Below, piece by piece: positions 19,034 to 27,598 of a stretch of 64,000 nt of DNA; the stretch's first letter is position 1, and every line of letters begins with the position of its first letter. The stretch comes from Candidatus Thorarchaeota archaeon. GTDB taxonomy: Archaea; Asgardarchaeota; Thorarchaeia; Thorarchaeales; Thorarchaeaceae. The position numbers were made by a program, and so were the translations under genes. The stretch is taken from NCBI GenBank assembly GCA_019057475.1, contig DXJO01000046.1, positions 1 to 64,000 of the forward strand. The letters run 5' to 3'. The notes under the pieces were generated by a model. It made no database searches. It saw only the letters and a program-made list of their open reading frames with translations, and was not told the DNA's origin.

Positions 19034-20608
19034 TTGACTGAGGAGTCCTCAAACCGTATATGCAGAGCATGCAAGAGCAAAGGTGCCACTCACCTGTGTG
19101 AAGATTGTGGAGCAGTGCTCTGCTCGAATTGTCTTGAAACCAAGTCTACATCTTCATACGTATGCAAAGATTGTCATAGTATATTGGGCACTCCGTTGCC
19201 CGGGCAAAGGTTTGAGGAATGCAGTGACTGTGGGTCTGAGAATCTGAGTGTAGGTAGGCGGATGGAGGAGATATGTCCCGAGTGTCACTCTACCCGCACC
19301 ATCTTGGTGGATGTTAAGCAAAGGAGCATCGCACAAGAACTCAGGCAGGCAATCAACAGCTTGCAGTATGGCCACATAAAATTGAGAGAACTCAATAACA
19401 GACTAATCGGAGCAAAGCGCCTGCTCGTTTCCTTGAGGATGGCTAACTTCTTGCACTATAGGTGGCTGGATGACAAAATCCAGAGCACACAGGAGGAGCT
19501 ACCCGCAATCAAGAATCGGATAGGAAACCAAGCAGACATGTTAGCCAGGCAAATTGCAGCTGAAACAAAGGGTTTGATGAACACTGCCTCCTGGTCCGCC
19601 TCCCAGTTTCCGTTCATTGAAGGTGTTACAAACAGGGTGACGCATCTGGTCAACCAGTACAAGCACTCTGTGGACGAAGCATTGAGTGAAGCCGATCTTA
19701 CCTTGAAGGACATTACAAAGCAACTAGACGGATTGAACTATTACCGGTCACGGTTCTCTGGTTTTTACGAGCAAACTGAACTCTCAATCAACGAACTGCC
19801 TGTCTGTGCGCTACCCAAAATCAAAGTCACAGGGAGCGACTTCCTCAAGCATGACAAGGCAACTGGCACTCTCTTCATCACGAACAGGAGACTCGTCTTC
19901 ATTGGGCAGACAGGTGTTGTTCGCAAGAAAACTGAGATTATCTTTGACTTTCCGCTTCTCTACCTGACCTCTATCGAGGAGGATGGTAGATTCAGGAAGA
20001 GAATTGTTCTGAAGATGAAACAAGGCGAAGTGAAGATTTCCTGCAGTGAGCAAACGAAGAAAGTACTACCGGATTACGTCGAGATTGCTAAGAAGTTTGA
20101 CAGGTATATGCAGACAGACCTGCAGAAGGTACGGAAACTAGAGCAGGTAAATGTCAACGTAAGCGACGTCAGACTCAGGATTGAGGACCTGATTTATTCG
20201 TTGAATACGGGAAGGAATAGACCGAGATCCTGTATGACATACCCACAGACACCGGCTGGAGCGTACTATGCTGAGCCATCAAGTCCCCAACCGAGGTATG
20301 CCCACCGCGATTACGGAAGCTATCGTCAAGGGGCTCAACTCAAGGACCACCTGGAGAGGACAATAGATAGACGTGCATATCAGCAGTATCCAGGTGCAAG
20401 AGGCGAGATGGTGGCAGAAATTGAAACCCTCAGGAGAAACGCATCATCTTTGGACAACGCATTACGTGATACTGTTCATCTCTTCAGGGGAGGAAGACTT
20501 GTTCCAGAGGATTTCATCAGACGGTACAAGGGACTGATGCGTGACTCATACTATACAAGAAAAGAAATCGAAAGAAAATCTTCAAGAGACGCGGGCTACT
20601 ACAGGTAA
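19034..20608 (+). CDS. ESCRT-associated multidomain protein: Zn fingers, coiled coil, PH/GRAM(GLUE)-like domain, steadiness-box-like C-terminus
   Basis: GGAGGTG RBS before TTG 19034; six CxxC; GTLFITNRRLVF; LDNALRDTVHLFRGGRLVPEDFIRRYKGLMRDSY; adjacent to the ESCRT-III gene. Confidence 0.7.
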   Translation: MTEESSNRICRACKSKGATHLCEDCGAVLCSNCLETKSTSSYVCKDCHSILGTPLPGQRFEECSDCGSENLSVGRRMEEICPECHSTRTILVDVKQRSIAQELRQAINSLQYGHIKLRELNNRLIGAKRLLVSLRMANFLHYRWLDDKIQSTQEELPAIKNRIGNQADMLARQIAAETKGLMNTASWSASQFPFIEGVTNRVTHLVNQYKHSVDEALSEADLTLKDITKQLDGLNYYRSRFSGFYEQTELSINELPVCALPKIKVTGSDFLKHDKATGTLFITNRRLVFIGQTGVVRKKTEIIFDFPLLYLTSIEEDGRFRKRIVLKMKQGEVKISCSEQTKKVLPDYVEIAKKFDRYMQTDLQKVRKLEQVNVNVSDVRLRIEDLIYSLNTGRNRPRSCMTYPQTPAGAYYAEPSSPQPRYAHRDYGSYRQGAQLKDHLERTIDRRAYQQYPGARGEMVAEIETLRRNASSLDNALRDTVHLFRGGRLVPEDFIRRYKGLMRDSYYTRKEIERKSSRDAGYYR

Positions 20609-20610
20609 CC

Positions 20611-21234
20611 TCAAATGCCTAGCTCGCTCTCCAGAGATTTGATAGCTTCTTCGAGTTCATCGGTCTGGCTGGCAGGTCTAGTGTCAGTTGAGGCTTCTGC
20701 TAGTCCTGCCTCCTTGTCTATCTCTTGCATGGAAGCAGCCAAATCATCCGTTGTGATCTCCGGCATCGTGGCATGAAATGCATCATCAGCGATACCACTC
20801 TCGATTTCGAATTCCTCTAAGCGCTGAGCTATCTCATCGACATTAGCGACTACCTTCGTGGCATCGGTTGCATTTCCCAGCAACCCAAGGATCTTGGCGA
20901 CCTCATCCATGGCGCGATTCGTCTTGGCAGCTGTCTGCGCACGGTTGACATGAGCGAGAATTTTGAGGATGTTGAGCCGCGACCTATCAACAGAAAGCGC
21001 AAACCTACGAAACCGGACCATCTCGGTCGCATAGGTTCGAAATGCGTTCACCTGTCCGGCCTTGCGTGCACGCACAGCCCTGCTCTTAGTTCCCCGCTCC
21101 TCCTTCTCGAGCTTGTTCCGTTGTCGTTCCAGCTGCTTCGCTAATATTCGCAGCTCGCTCTTGACTTCTCCAATGTCGGGTTTCTTCCGACCCCAAGAGA
21201 AAGCCTTTTTTATTGTACCCAAGTGCCTCACCAA
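20611..21234 (-). CDS. ESCRT-III subunit, Vps2/24/46 (CHMP1-3)-like, Snf7 family
   Basis: Basic helical hairpin LRILAKQLERQRNKLEKEE...KAGQ...RTYA.E.VR; acidic C-terminal half; MIM1-like ELEEAIKSL. Confidence 0.9.
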   Translation of the reverse strand: MVRHLGTIKKAFSWGRKKPDIGEVKSELRILAKQLERQRNKLEKEERGTKSRAVRARKAGQVNAFRTYATEMVRFRRFALSVDRSRLNILKILAHVNRAQTAAKTNRAMDEVAKILGLLGNATDATKVVANVDEIAQRLEEFEIESGIADDAFHATMPEITTDDLAASMQEIDKEAGLAEASTDTRPASQTDELEEAIKSLESELGI

Positions 21235-21411
21235 GTCCGCAGGTTATGACCCAACAACCGGAGATGCAAATCCGCGTTTAAACTTTCGTAGCCCCACCCT
21301 AGCACAGTTGGGAAGCACCTCGGAGGAATGGTTGATTCTCAGTTGGTCAACGGCGAAGATAAAACACAGACATTCTTAATAGCTTACAGCACATCTCACA
21401 CTTGAATTCGC

Positions 21412-22641
21412 ATGTCAGGATCAGATAGCGACAGGTTAGACATTGGGCTCAAGAATCTACTCGACAAAGCGATAGAGTTGGACAATAGAGGAATGAAGAA
21501 AGAAGCTTGTCAGTACTATCTGCGAGCCAGCAAGATTCTCATCAAGCTCTCAAAGTCTACGTCCCTCCCTTCTGTTCGAAAGCATTACTTCAAGCGAGCC
21601 CAGGAGTGTGTTGATAGAGTCCGATACCTCTCAGGAATCAAGAAGAAGGCCCGTGGGCCAGTTGATGGCCTGCAGACTCCTCTAAAGAGCGATATCAGAG
21701 CAGTCACTGAGTCGGCTGTTAGTAAGCGACCTGATGCCACTCCCGAGCCAGACGAAGATACTAAGAGGCTCCAAGAGATGATTGCGGATACAATTGTCAC
21801 AGAGCGCCCCAACGTCAATCTGTCCGAGGTCGCCGGTCTCGACGATGCAAAACAAGCCATCTACGATGCGATACTGGCACCGATGAAGCATCCAGAGTTA
21901 TTCAAAGGAAAAGCGAGGCAGCCGTGGAGAGGCATCCTGTTGTACGGTCCAGCGGGCTGTGGGAAGACATTGATAGCGAAAGCAGTTGCAGCCGAAGTCA
22001 ACGCCACATTCTTCAACGTGTCAGCCGCCAATATAGTGAGTAAATGGCTTGGCGAATCTGAACGTCTAGTCATGCGCCTCTTTGAGATGGCAAGAAAGAA
22101 CCAACCAGCAATCATCTTCATGGACGAGCTGGATTCAATTGGCGTTTCAAGGTCCGGGGATGATGTTGGAGGCGAAAGGCGGCTAAAGACTCAGTTGTTA
22201 ACAGAGCTGCAGGGTCTCGCAAGCGACCAGAATGAGAGAATTACGCTAATTGGCGCAACCAATCTCCCGTGGGAATTGGACTTTGCTTTGAGGTCCCGTT
22301 TCGAGAAGCGAATCCATGTACCGCTACCGGATAAGAGAGGACGAAAAGAGATTTTCAGGATTCATATCGAAGATGTAGAGTTAGCATCAGAAGTGGACTT
22401 TGAGGAGCTTGCAAGTCTTAGTGAGGGGTACAGTGGAAGGGACATCGGTGTGGTCTGTAGAGAGGCGGCAATGGAACCCATAAGAGACCTTCAGAAGACA
22501 GGAAGAATGGAAGAGGAAGCGGAGATACTGAACCTTCGCCCTGTTTCGAGAGAGGACTTTCTTGGAGCCATTGAGAATATCAGGCCAGCGACGTCCCCAG
22601 AAGATATCAAGAAGTACATTGACTGGGCGGAGGGGTCGTAG
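21412..22641 (+). CDS. vps4: Vps4 AAA ATPase (MIT domain + AAA)
   Basis: MIT AIELD...EA...Y; VAGLDDAK, PWRGILLYGPAGCGKT, SKWLGESE, FMDELD, ATNLPWELD, EGYSGRDI. Confidence 0.95.
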   Translation: MSGSDSDRLDIGLKNLLDKAIELDNRGMKKEACQYYLRASKILIKLSKSTSLPSVRKHYFKRAQECVDRVRYLSGIKKKARGPVDGLQTPLKSDIRAVTESAVSKRPDATPEPDEDTKRLQEMIADTIVTERPNVNLSEVAGLDDAKQAIYDAILAPMKHPELFKGKARQPWRGILLYGPAGCGKTLIAKAVAAEVNATFFNVSAANIVSKWLGESERLVMRLFEMARKNQPAIIFMDELDSIGVSRSGDDVGGERRLKTQLLTELQGLASDQNERITLIGATNLPWELDFALRSRFEKRIHVPLPDKRGRKEIFRIHIEDVELASEVDFEELASLSEGYSGRDIGVVCREAAMEPIRDLQKTGRMEEEAEILNLRPVSREDFLGAIENIRPATSPEDIKKYIDWAEGS

Positions 22642-22644
22642 GGC

Positions 22645-23373
22645 TTGGGTATCAAGGAGCGACAGCGAGAGAAGAAGAAGACAGAAGAACCTGTCAAAGA
22701 TGCTGCCGAGCCCTCGGTGGTTATGAAGCAGACTACTGCTAGTGATGATTCCGCACACATACCAGAGATTGTTGTAAAAGTGGATGGTGGGTCCAATGCA
22801 ACTGACACCATCGAAACTGCTGTCGTTGAACCAGAACAAATGATGGACACTGAAGCGGCCGCCGTAACCGAAATCGTGCCGCGATGGGGGAACATAGGAG
22901 AAGCTGAGTGGATGTACAACATTCCCACGAGGTCGCAGGACCTGGTTCTCTGGGCCGAAGAATGGGGAGACTTCCTGCTTGAATGGACAGAATTCGAGAA
23001 GATTCATGTTCTCTCTGTTTCAGCATTCATTTCGAAACCCCCATTCAAGGACATACTTGGGAAAGTCAAAGCCTTTAGATCAATCGGAGACTCGTTAGTT
23101 GGGAAAGATGTTGCTGCATGGCTTGATCGGAATAGAGAACAACTCAGAGTGTACTGGAGACCACTGGGGGAGTGGGCGGACTTGGTCTACAGATGGGCTC
23201 TGGACACAGGCATACTTCGTCTCGATGTGAAGTCACTGGTCATCCAAGAAGCAGAGCAGGCTTTTTCGAAACTTCCTGAAGAGGACATCCACGGGATAAT
23301 GGCTCTACTTGTTGAGAGGGGATTTGCCAAGTGGGTTGATAAAAAAGCTGGGGCTATTGTTGTCAAAGTCTAA
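22645..23373 (+). CDS. vps25: ESCRT-II Vps25-like protein with acidic N-terminal extension
   Basis: W..EWGDFLLEW and VYWRPLGEWADLVYRWA..TG match Vps25 WH1/WH2. Confidence 0.85.
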   Translation: MGIKERQREKKKTEEPVKDAAEPSVVMKQTTASDDSAHIPEIVVKVDGGSNATDTIETAVVEPEQMMDTEAAAVTEIVPRWGNIGEAEWMYNIPTRSQDLVLWAEEWGDFLLEWTEFEKIHVLSVSAFISKPPFKDILGKVKAFRSIGDSLVGKDVAAWLDRNREQLRVYWRPLGEWADLVYRWALDTGILRLDVKSLVIQEAEQAFSKLPEEDIHGIMALLVERGFAKWVDKKAGAIVVKV

Positions 23374-23378
23374 TCGAT

Positions 23379-24137
23379 TCAGGCTTCGGAAGTGCCTCCG
23401 CTCTCTGAATCATCTCTTGATCTCAAACCAGGGAAGTAATATCGTCCACCCGTGCTGAATCTGATGTCGGCAACAGCCATGCCGGCATCCACTAGACTAG
23501 TGAGAACCTGACGAGCGTGATCTTCTGACCACTTCAGGTTCATCATGACCTCTTCAATCGAAACGTACCCCTTCAAGGCCGCCAAGTTAATTACATCGGA
23601 TTGGTCTCGACGAAGCTCAAGGGGACGAAGCTCCACGACCTTTACGCCTCCTCTCAGAGTTCGTATGCCGGGTATTAGACCGTGTTCGGCGACTCGGTTC
23701 ACTGCCTCGATAACATCACTGAAGCTTACTGCCTTGAATTGAGGAAGCCGTTTAACCACCTCAACAATCAGCTCTGCGAGACCCATGAGTCCCTTCGAAG
23801 CGTGGATTGTGGCGACGTCAAGTATCGCCAACCCAATGTAGTCATAGAATTCGTCAAGGGTCAGACCTTGCGGAACAGACCTCATAGATTGCACAGACAG
23901 GTCCAACATATTCATTGCGTTAGGAAATCTTTCAAGGATTCTTTCATGGTCAAGGAACCGAAAGATATCCGTCCCCAGACGCCTCAGCTCACCGATGTTG
24001 GACTTGACTTCTTGAACCAGTGCCTCCGATTCTCGCTCGAATGTTCGGATTTCTACCGCACCGAGGTCGTATATCATCTTCAGCTGGTCCAACGTGGCAA
24101 TTGAAGCAAATATCTCAGTTTGAAGTCGCTCATGCAT
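23379..24137 (-). CDS. ESCRT-II Vps22/EAP30-like protein with Vps28-N-like N-terminal domain
   Basis: DEFYDYIG..I, GLMGLAEL, PLEL..DQ..V..LA...GYVS...LKWS..HA..VL..L...GMA..D, YYFPG (Vps22); N-terminal EIFASIATLDQLKMIY. Confidence 0.85.
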   Translation of the reverse strand: MHERLQTEIFASIATLDQLKMIYDLGAVEIRTFERESEALVQEVKSNIGELRRLGTDIFRFLDHERILERFPNAMNMLDLSVQSMRSVPQGLTLDEFYDYIGLAILDVATIHASKGLMGLAELIVEVVKRLPQFKAVSFSDVIEAVNRVAEHGLIPGIRTLRGGVKVVELRPLELRRDQSDVINLAALKGYVSIEEVMMNLKWSEDHARQVLTSLVDAGMAVADIRFSTGGRYYFPGLRSRDDSESGGTSEA

Positions 24138-24233
24138 CGGCTCGCATCCCTTCATACATCTAGATAGCTGACTAAGCTGACAGAACAAAGCTCTCGCTAC
24201 TTGCTTTAAGACGGAGTATTATTCGAAGCATCA

Positions 24234-25592
24234 CTAGGGTGTCAATCTGTCACGGTCCCGTGGAAGGAGCGTTGCCTCCCTTATGTTCGGGATGCCAAGC
24301 AGCTGCATCGTCAGACGTTCTACCCCCAACCCAAGACCTCCATGAGGCGGAGCGCCATACTTGAACGGGTCAAGATAGAATGCGAATGCATCAGGGTTGA
24401 AGCCTTTGGTCTTGAATCTCTCGACAAGTAAGTCATAGAGATGTATGCGCTGTCCACCCGTGGTGATTTCCATGCCTTTGTATGTGAGGTCGAAACTCTC
24501 TGTCATGCCCTCGTCGGTCATACTGGGCATTGTATAGGCGGGCCTGAGCTCCAGAGGATAGTGGGTAATGAAGACCATGTCAGTACCGAACTTTTCTGGG
24601 AACATCTTGCCAAGAATACGTTCGGCCTCAGGATCAAGATCATCCGTGATGGACAGGTCTTTGCCAGCCTCATTAAGCAAGTCAACGGCTTCAGCATACT
24701 TGACTCGTTTGAATGGGAGCTTTGGTACCTCAATCTCAACTTCCAAAGTCTCAAGTTGCTCAGCCATGGCTTCTCGTGTCTTTGTGAATGAATGGTGGAG
24801 CATGTTCTCCTCCATCTTCATGACATCGTCTACATCTCGAATCCAAGCCATCTCAAAGTCGAAGGACGTATACTCGTTGATGTGACGTCTTGTGTTGTGC
24901 TTCTCGGCACGGAATACCGGGGCAATCTCAAAGACGCGACCAAAGCCAGCTAGTAGCATCAGTTGCTTGTAGAACTGCGGACTCTGAGCTAGATACGCCT
25001 TTTTCTCAAAATACTTGACCTCGAAGAGGTTGGCGCCACCCTCGGTAGCTTCTACCACAAGCTTCGGTGTATGAATCTCAACAAACCTATTGTCTTCTAG
25101 ATATTCCCGAGCGAATCGCACCAAGGAATGTTGAATCCAAAATATCGCATTCACCGTTGGTTTCCGCAAGTCCAGAATCCGATGGTTCAATCGTGTATCT
25201 AGGTCGATATCCACTTTTCCTTCCACTACATCGATTGGTAGACGCTCAGCAGTGTTGATGATACGAATTCCGGTGGGAATGACCTCTGCGCCTGACGCTA
25301 CCTGCTTCGCTGCAACGACCTTACCTCGGATTGCTAGGGCGTACTCTGGCTTGAGAGTCCCAGAGGTCTCAAAGACTTCTTCTGAAACCTTCTTCTGCGG
25401 AAGTGTAATCTGGACTGTGCCATATTCATCTCGAAGGACGATGAACTTGATTCGTCCCTTGTTTCGGAGTATGTGCATCCAACCCACTAGGGTCACGTCT
25501 TGTCCGTCAAGATCTGGACCAATCTGGTTGCTGTAGTGGGTTCTGGTCCAATCATTAAGTGGTTCGACATCTGCTTTCTTGTAGAAATCCAT
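24234..25592 (-). CDS. aspS: Aspartate--tRNA(Asp/Asn) ligase, archaeal type
   Basis: OB fold, TRLNHRILDLR, YLAQSPQFYKQ, FRAE, GGQRIH, PPHGG.GLG.ER, PRD..RLTP. Confidence 0.96.
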   Translation of the reverse strand: MDFYKKADVEPLNDWTRTHYSNQIGPDLDGQDVTLVGWMHILRNKGRIKFIVLRDEYGTVQITLPQKKVSEEVFETSGTLKPEYALAIRGKVVAAKQVASGAEVIPTGIRIINTAERLPIDVVEGKVDIDLDTRLNHRILDLRKPTVNAIFWIQHSLVRFAREYLEDNRFVEIHTPKLVVEATEGGANLFEVKYFEKKAYLAQSPQFYKQLMLLAGFGRVFEIAPVFRAEKHNTRRHINEYTSFDFEMAWIRDVDDVMKMEENMLHHSFTKTREAMAEQLETLEVEIEVPKLPFKRVKYAEAVDLLNEAGKDLSITDDLDPEAERILGKMFPEKFGTDMVFITHYPLELRPAYTMPSMTDEGMTESFDLTYKGMEITTGGQRIHLYDLLVERFKTKGFNPDAFAFYLDPFKYGAPPHGGLGLGVERLTMQLLGIPNIREATLLPRDRDRLTP

Positions 25593-25644
25593 AGGTCTCG
25601 CCTCGTTCTACAGTCTACCAACTCGGACCCTGCAGCATTATGAG
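25540..25644. repeat. Outer direct repeat, copy 1 (aspS 5' end plus upstream region)
   Basis: 88 of 105 aligned positions identical to 27061-27164 (manual alignment). Confidence 0.9.
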
Positions 25645-25842
25645 GCTTTTGGAACTCAAGCGTATGGAAGGGATATTGGAGATGATTCTCTTCCAACCAG
25701 TGAGTACCAAGCATGCTTCATGGCGACAATGAGCGAATACGTTTGAAGACCCTTGAATTGGCTTCAAGAGGATACAAGATACTTGCAGAACGATTCTTGA
25801 GATAATGCAATCTCGTGCTATAATAAATCATATATAGATTAC

Positions 25843-25867
25843 ATGAAACAACGTATTGGCCAGTTGA
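25843..25867 (+). repeat. Inner direct repeat, copy A (abuts DUF3795 start)
   Basis: ATGAAACAACGTATTG matches ATGAAACAGCGTATTG at 26863 in 15 of 16 positions. Confidence 0.75.
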
Positions 25868-26866
25868 ATGGGAGATCTCTACTCGAAATGCGGATGTAAC
25901 TGCGGAGTCTGTCCACTCTTTAAACAGAACTTAAAGACAAAGGCGGACAGAATTCGAACAGCGGAAGGAATGAAATTCATCGGATGGAATCCCACCGCGG
26001 AGAAATTGAAGGCGTGTAGTGGATGTCAGAGTAGTAGTGGGTTTACCTATATTGCGAAATGTAGGGTGCGTATGTGTGCGAAATTTAACAACTTCAAGAC
26101 ATGTGCGAACTGCTCGATATTTCCTTGTTCTGAAGTACCCCAAGTATCCATTGCAGATCCTGTTTCATTCCGAGAACAACGAGAGAAAGCACTGGGTCAG
26201 GAAATCTCTGAGGAGGATTTCCGAGCGTATATTGAGGTGTATGCTGGGATGGATCACCTCAAAGTGATACGCCGTGGTTTAGCTGATTCTGAGATTAATG
26301 AAATCGAACGATTACCGCCCCTATCTTCGCGAACCACGAATGTACCCGAGGGTCTTGCAGATGAGAGTCTTCTATCATTGCACTCTTTTCTTACCGAAAT
26401 GAAAACGTCCAAGATGGGCTTGAAAAACACCGATGTCTATGCTGTTCAACAAACTCAGAAGAAAAGAATAGAGAAGCTATTTCGGTTTTTGTGGCTTGTT
26501 GGTAGACATGGAAGATACAATGATGATGAATCTTCGCTCGTGATTGACAGTATCACTTATTTTGACAGTAAGGAGGGAAAAATTCCAGCAACAGAAGATG
26601 AAATGAAACTCATTTTCAAGATGCTGAAGAAAGAGGGGGTGAAGGGTGAATTTGTTCCCCTAATAGACAAAGAATGGAAGACACCTTTAGGACATCTCAG
26701 GAAAAAAGAAAGCCGAAAAAAGAACCCCGCCTGGAAAATAAGGCTCATTGAAAAACCAGGAGGGCAAGATCTGTTATCTGCTCTGCAGAGTTACTCATTG
26801 GGATTGGACAAGCAGAAGGGTAAGAGAGCATATAGCGCATTTTCTAAAATCGATATGAGGAAATGA
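25868..26866 (+). CDS. DUF3795 domain Cys-rich protein
   Basis: CGCNC..CP, C.GC, C.VR.CA, TCA.C..FPC; visibly more AT-rich than neighbours. Confidence 0.85.
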   Translation: MGDLYSKCGCNCGVCPLFKQNLKTKADRIRTAEGMKFIGWNPTAEKLKACSGCQSSSGFTYIAKCRVRMCAKFNNFKTCANCSIFPCSEVPQVSIADPVSFREQREKALGQEISEEDFRAYIEVYAGMDHLKVIRRGLADSEINEIERLPPLSSRTTNVPEGLADESLLSLHSFLTEMKTSKMGLKNTDVYAVQQTQKKRIEKLFRFLWLVGRHGRYNDDESSLVIDSITYFDSKEGKIPATEDEMKLIFKMLKKEGVKGEFVPLIDKEWKTPLGHLRKKESRKKNPAWKIRLIEKPGGQDLLSALQSYSLGLDKQKGKRAYSAFSKIDMRK

Positions 26867-26888
26867 AACAGCGTATTGCCAAGATTGA
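26863..26888 (+). repeat. Inner direct repeat, copy B (overlaps DUF3795 stop)
   Basis: ATGAAACAGCGTATTGCCAAGATTGA; opens short ORF MKQRIAKIEKEISRLKHLSFSES*. Confidence 0.75.
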
Positions 26889-27060
26889 GAAAGAAATTTC
26901 TCGCTTAAAACACCTATCCTTCTCCGAATCGTAACGACCAACATTGATGATGGTCATAGTATCATCAAAGGGCCAGAATGAATCCGTAGACAGAATAACT
27001 GTAACCAGTACAGTTTCATAAGTCACAGACACTGCTTAAGGTAGTAAATCAATGCGGCGA

Positions 27061-27164
27061 GTTCGGGTCCAGTCATCAAGTGGTTCAACATCTGTTCTCT
27101 CGTAGAATCCATCGGTTTCACTTTGTTTTACAGTCTACCAACTTGAGCCCTGCAGCATTATGAG
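27061..27164 (-). pseudogene. Decayed aspS 5' fragment (outer direct repeat, copy 2)
   Basis: With a 1-bp gap restored it encodes MD(F)YERTDVEPLDDWTRT versus AspS MDFYKKADVEPLNDWTRT. Confidence 0.88.
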
Positions 27165-27245
27165 AGTTTTACAGAAGAGGCGTTTCGAAGCTAAAGAAAG
27201 AGAAAACGTGAACAGCTGCAATACAGTCCACGTTTCCATACTGAA

Positions 27246-27458
27246 TCACATAGGCGCCGAAACAAGCTCGAATACCTTCTCCCGCGCGTCCCTCTCATGC
27301 TCTTGCTCCTCAATGAGACCTAGGTCCTTCAGTCGACTCAAACCATAGTTGACTGTTCTCGGAGGCAAGAATGTGCTACTGATTAGGTCTCGCCGGGACA
27401 TCCGGCGCTTACCCTTAAGAAGCACGTACAGAAACTTCGCGGAAGGAGGTAGTGACAA
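27246..27458 (-). CDS. Small MarR/ArsR-like winged-helix regulator
   Basis: LPPSAK.LY..L, T.LPPRTV.Y.L.RL...GL, DAR. Confidence 0.85.
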   Translation of the reverse strand: MSLPPSAKFLYVLLKGKRRMSRRDLISSTFLPPRTVNYGLSRLKDLGLIEEQEHERDAREKVFELVSAPM

Positions 27459-27598
27459 GAATGAGCGTCTGGCAAACGTGATCCCACCTTAGAGTTGTTG
27501 CCATATCGAATTGTACCTCCTATTTGTTTTGCTCAACCAGAACGGATTCATAGATAAGCCTTAGCATTCATTCTGTCCTTGCAAAAGAGGAAGATTTC

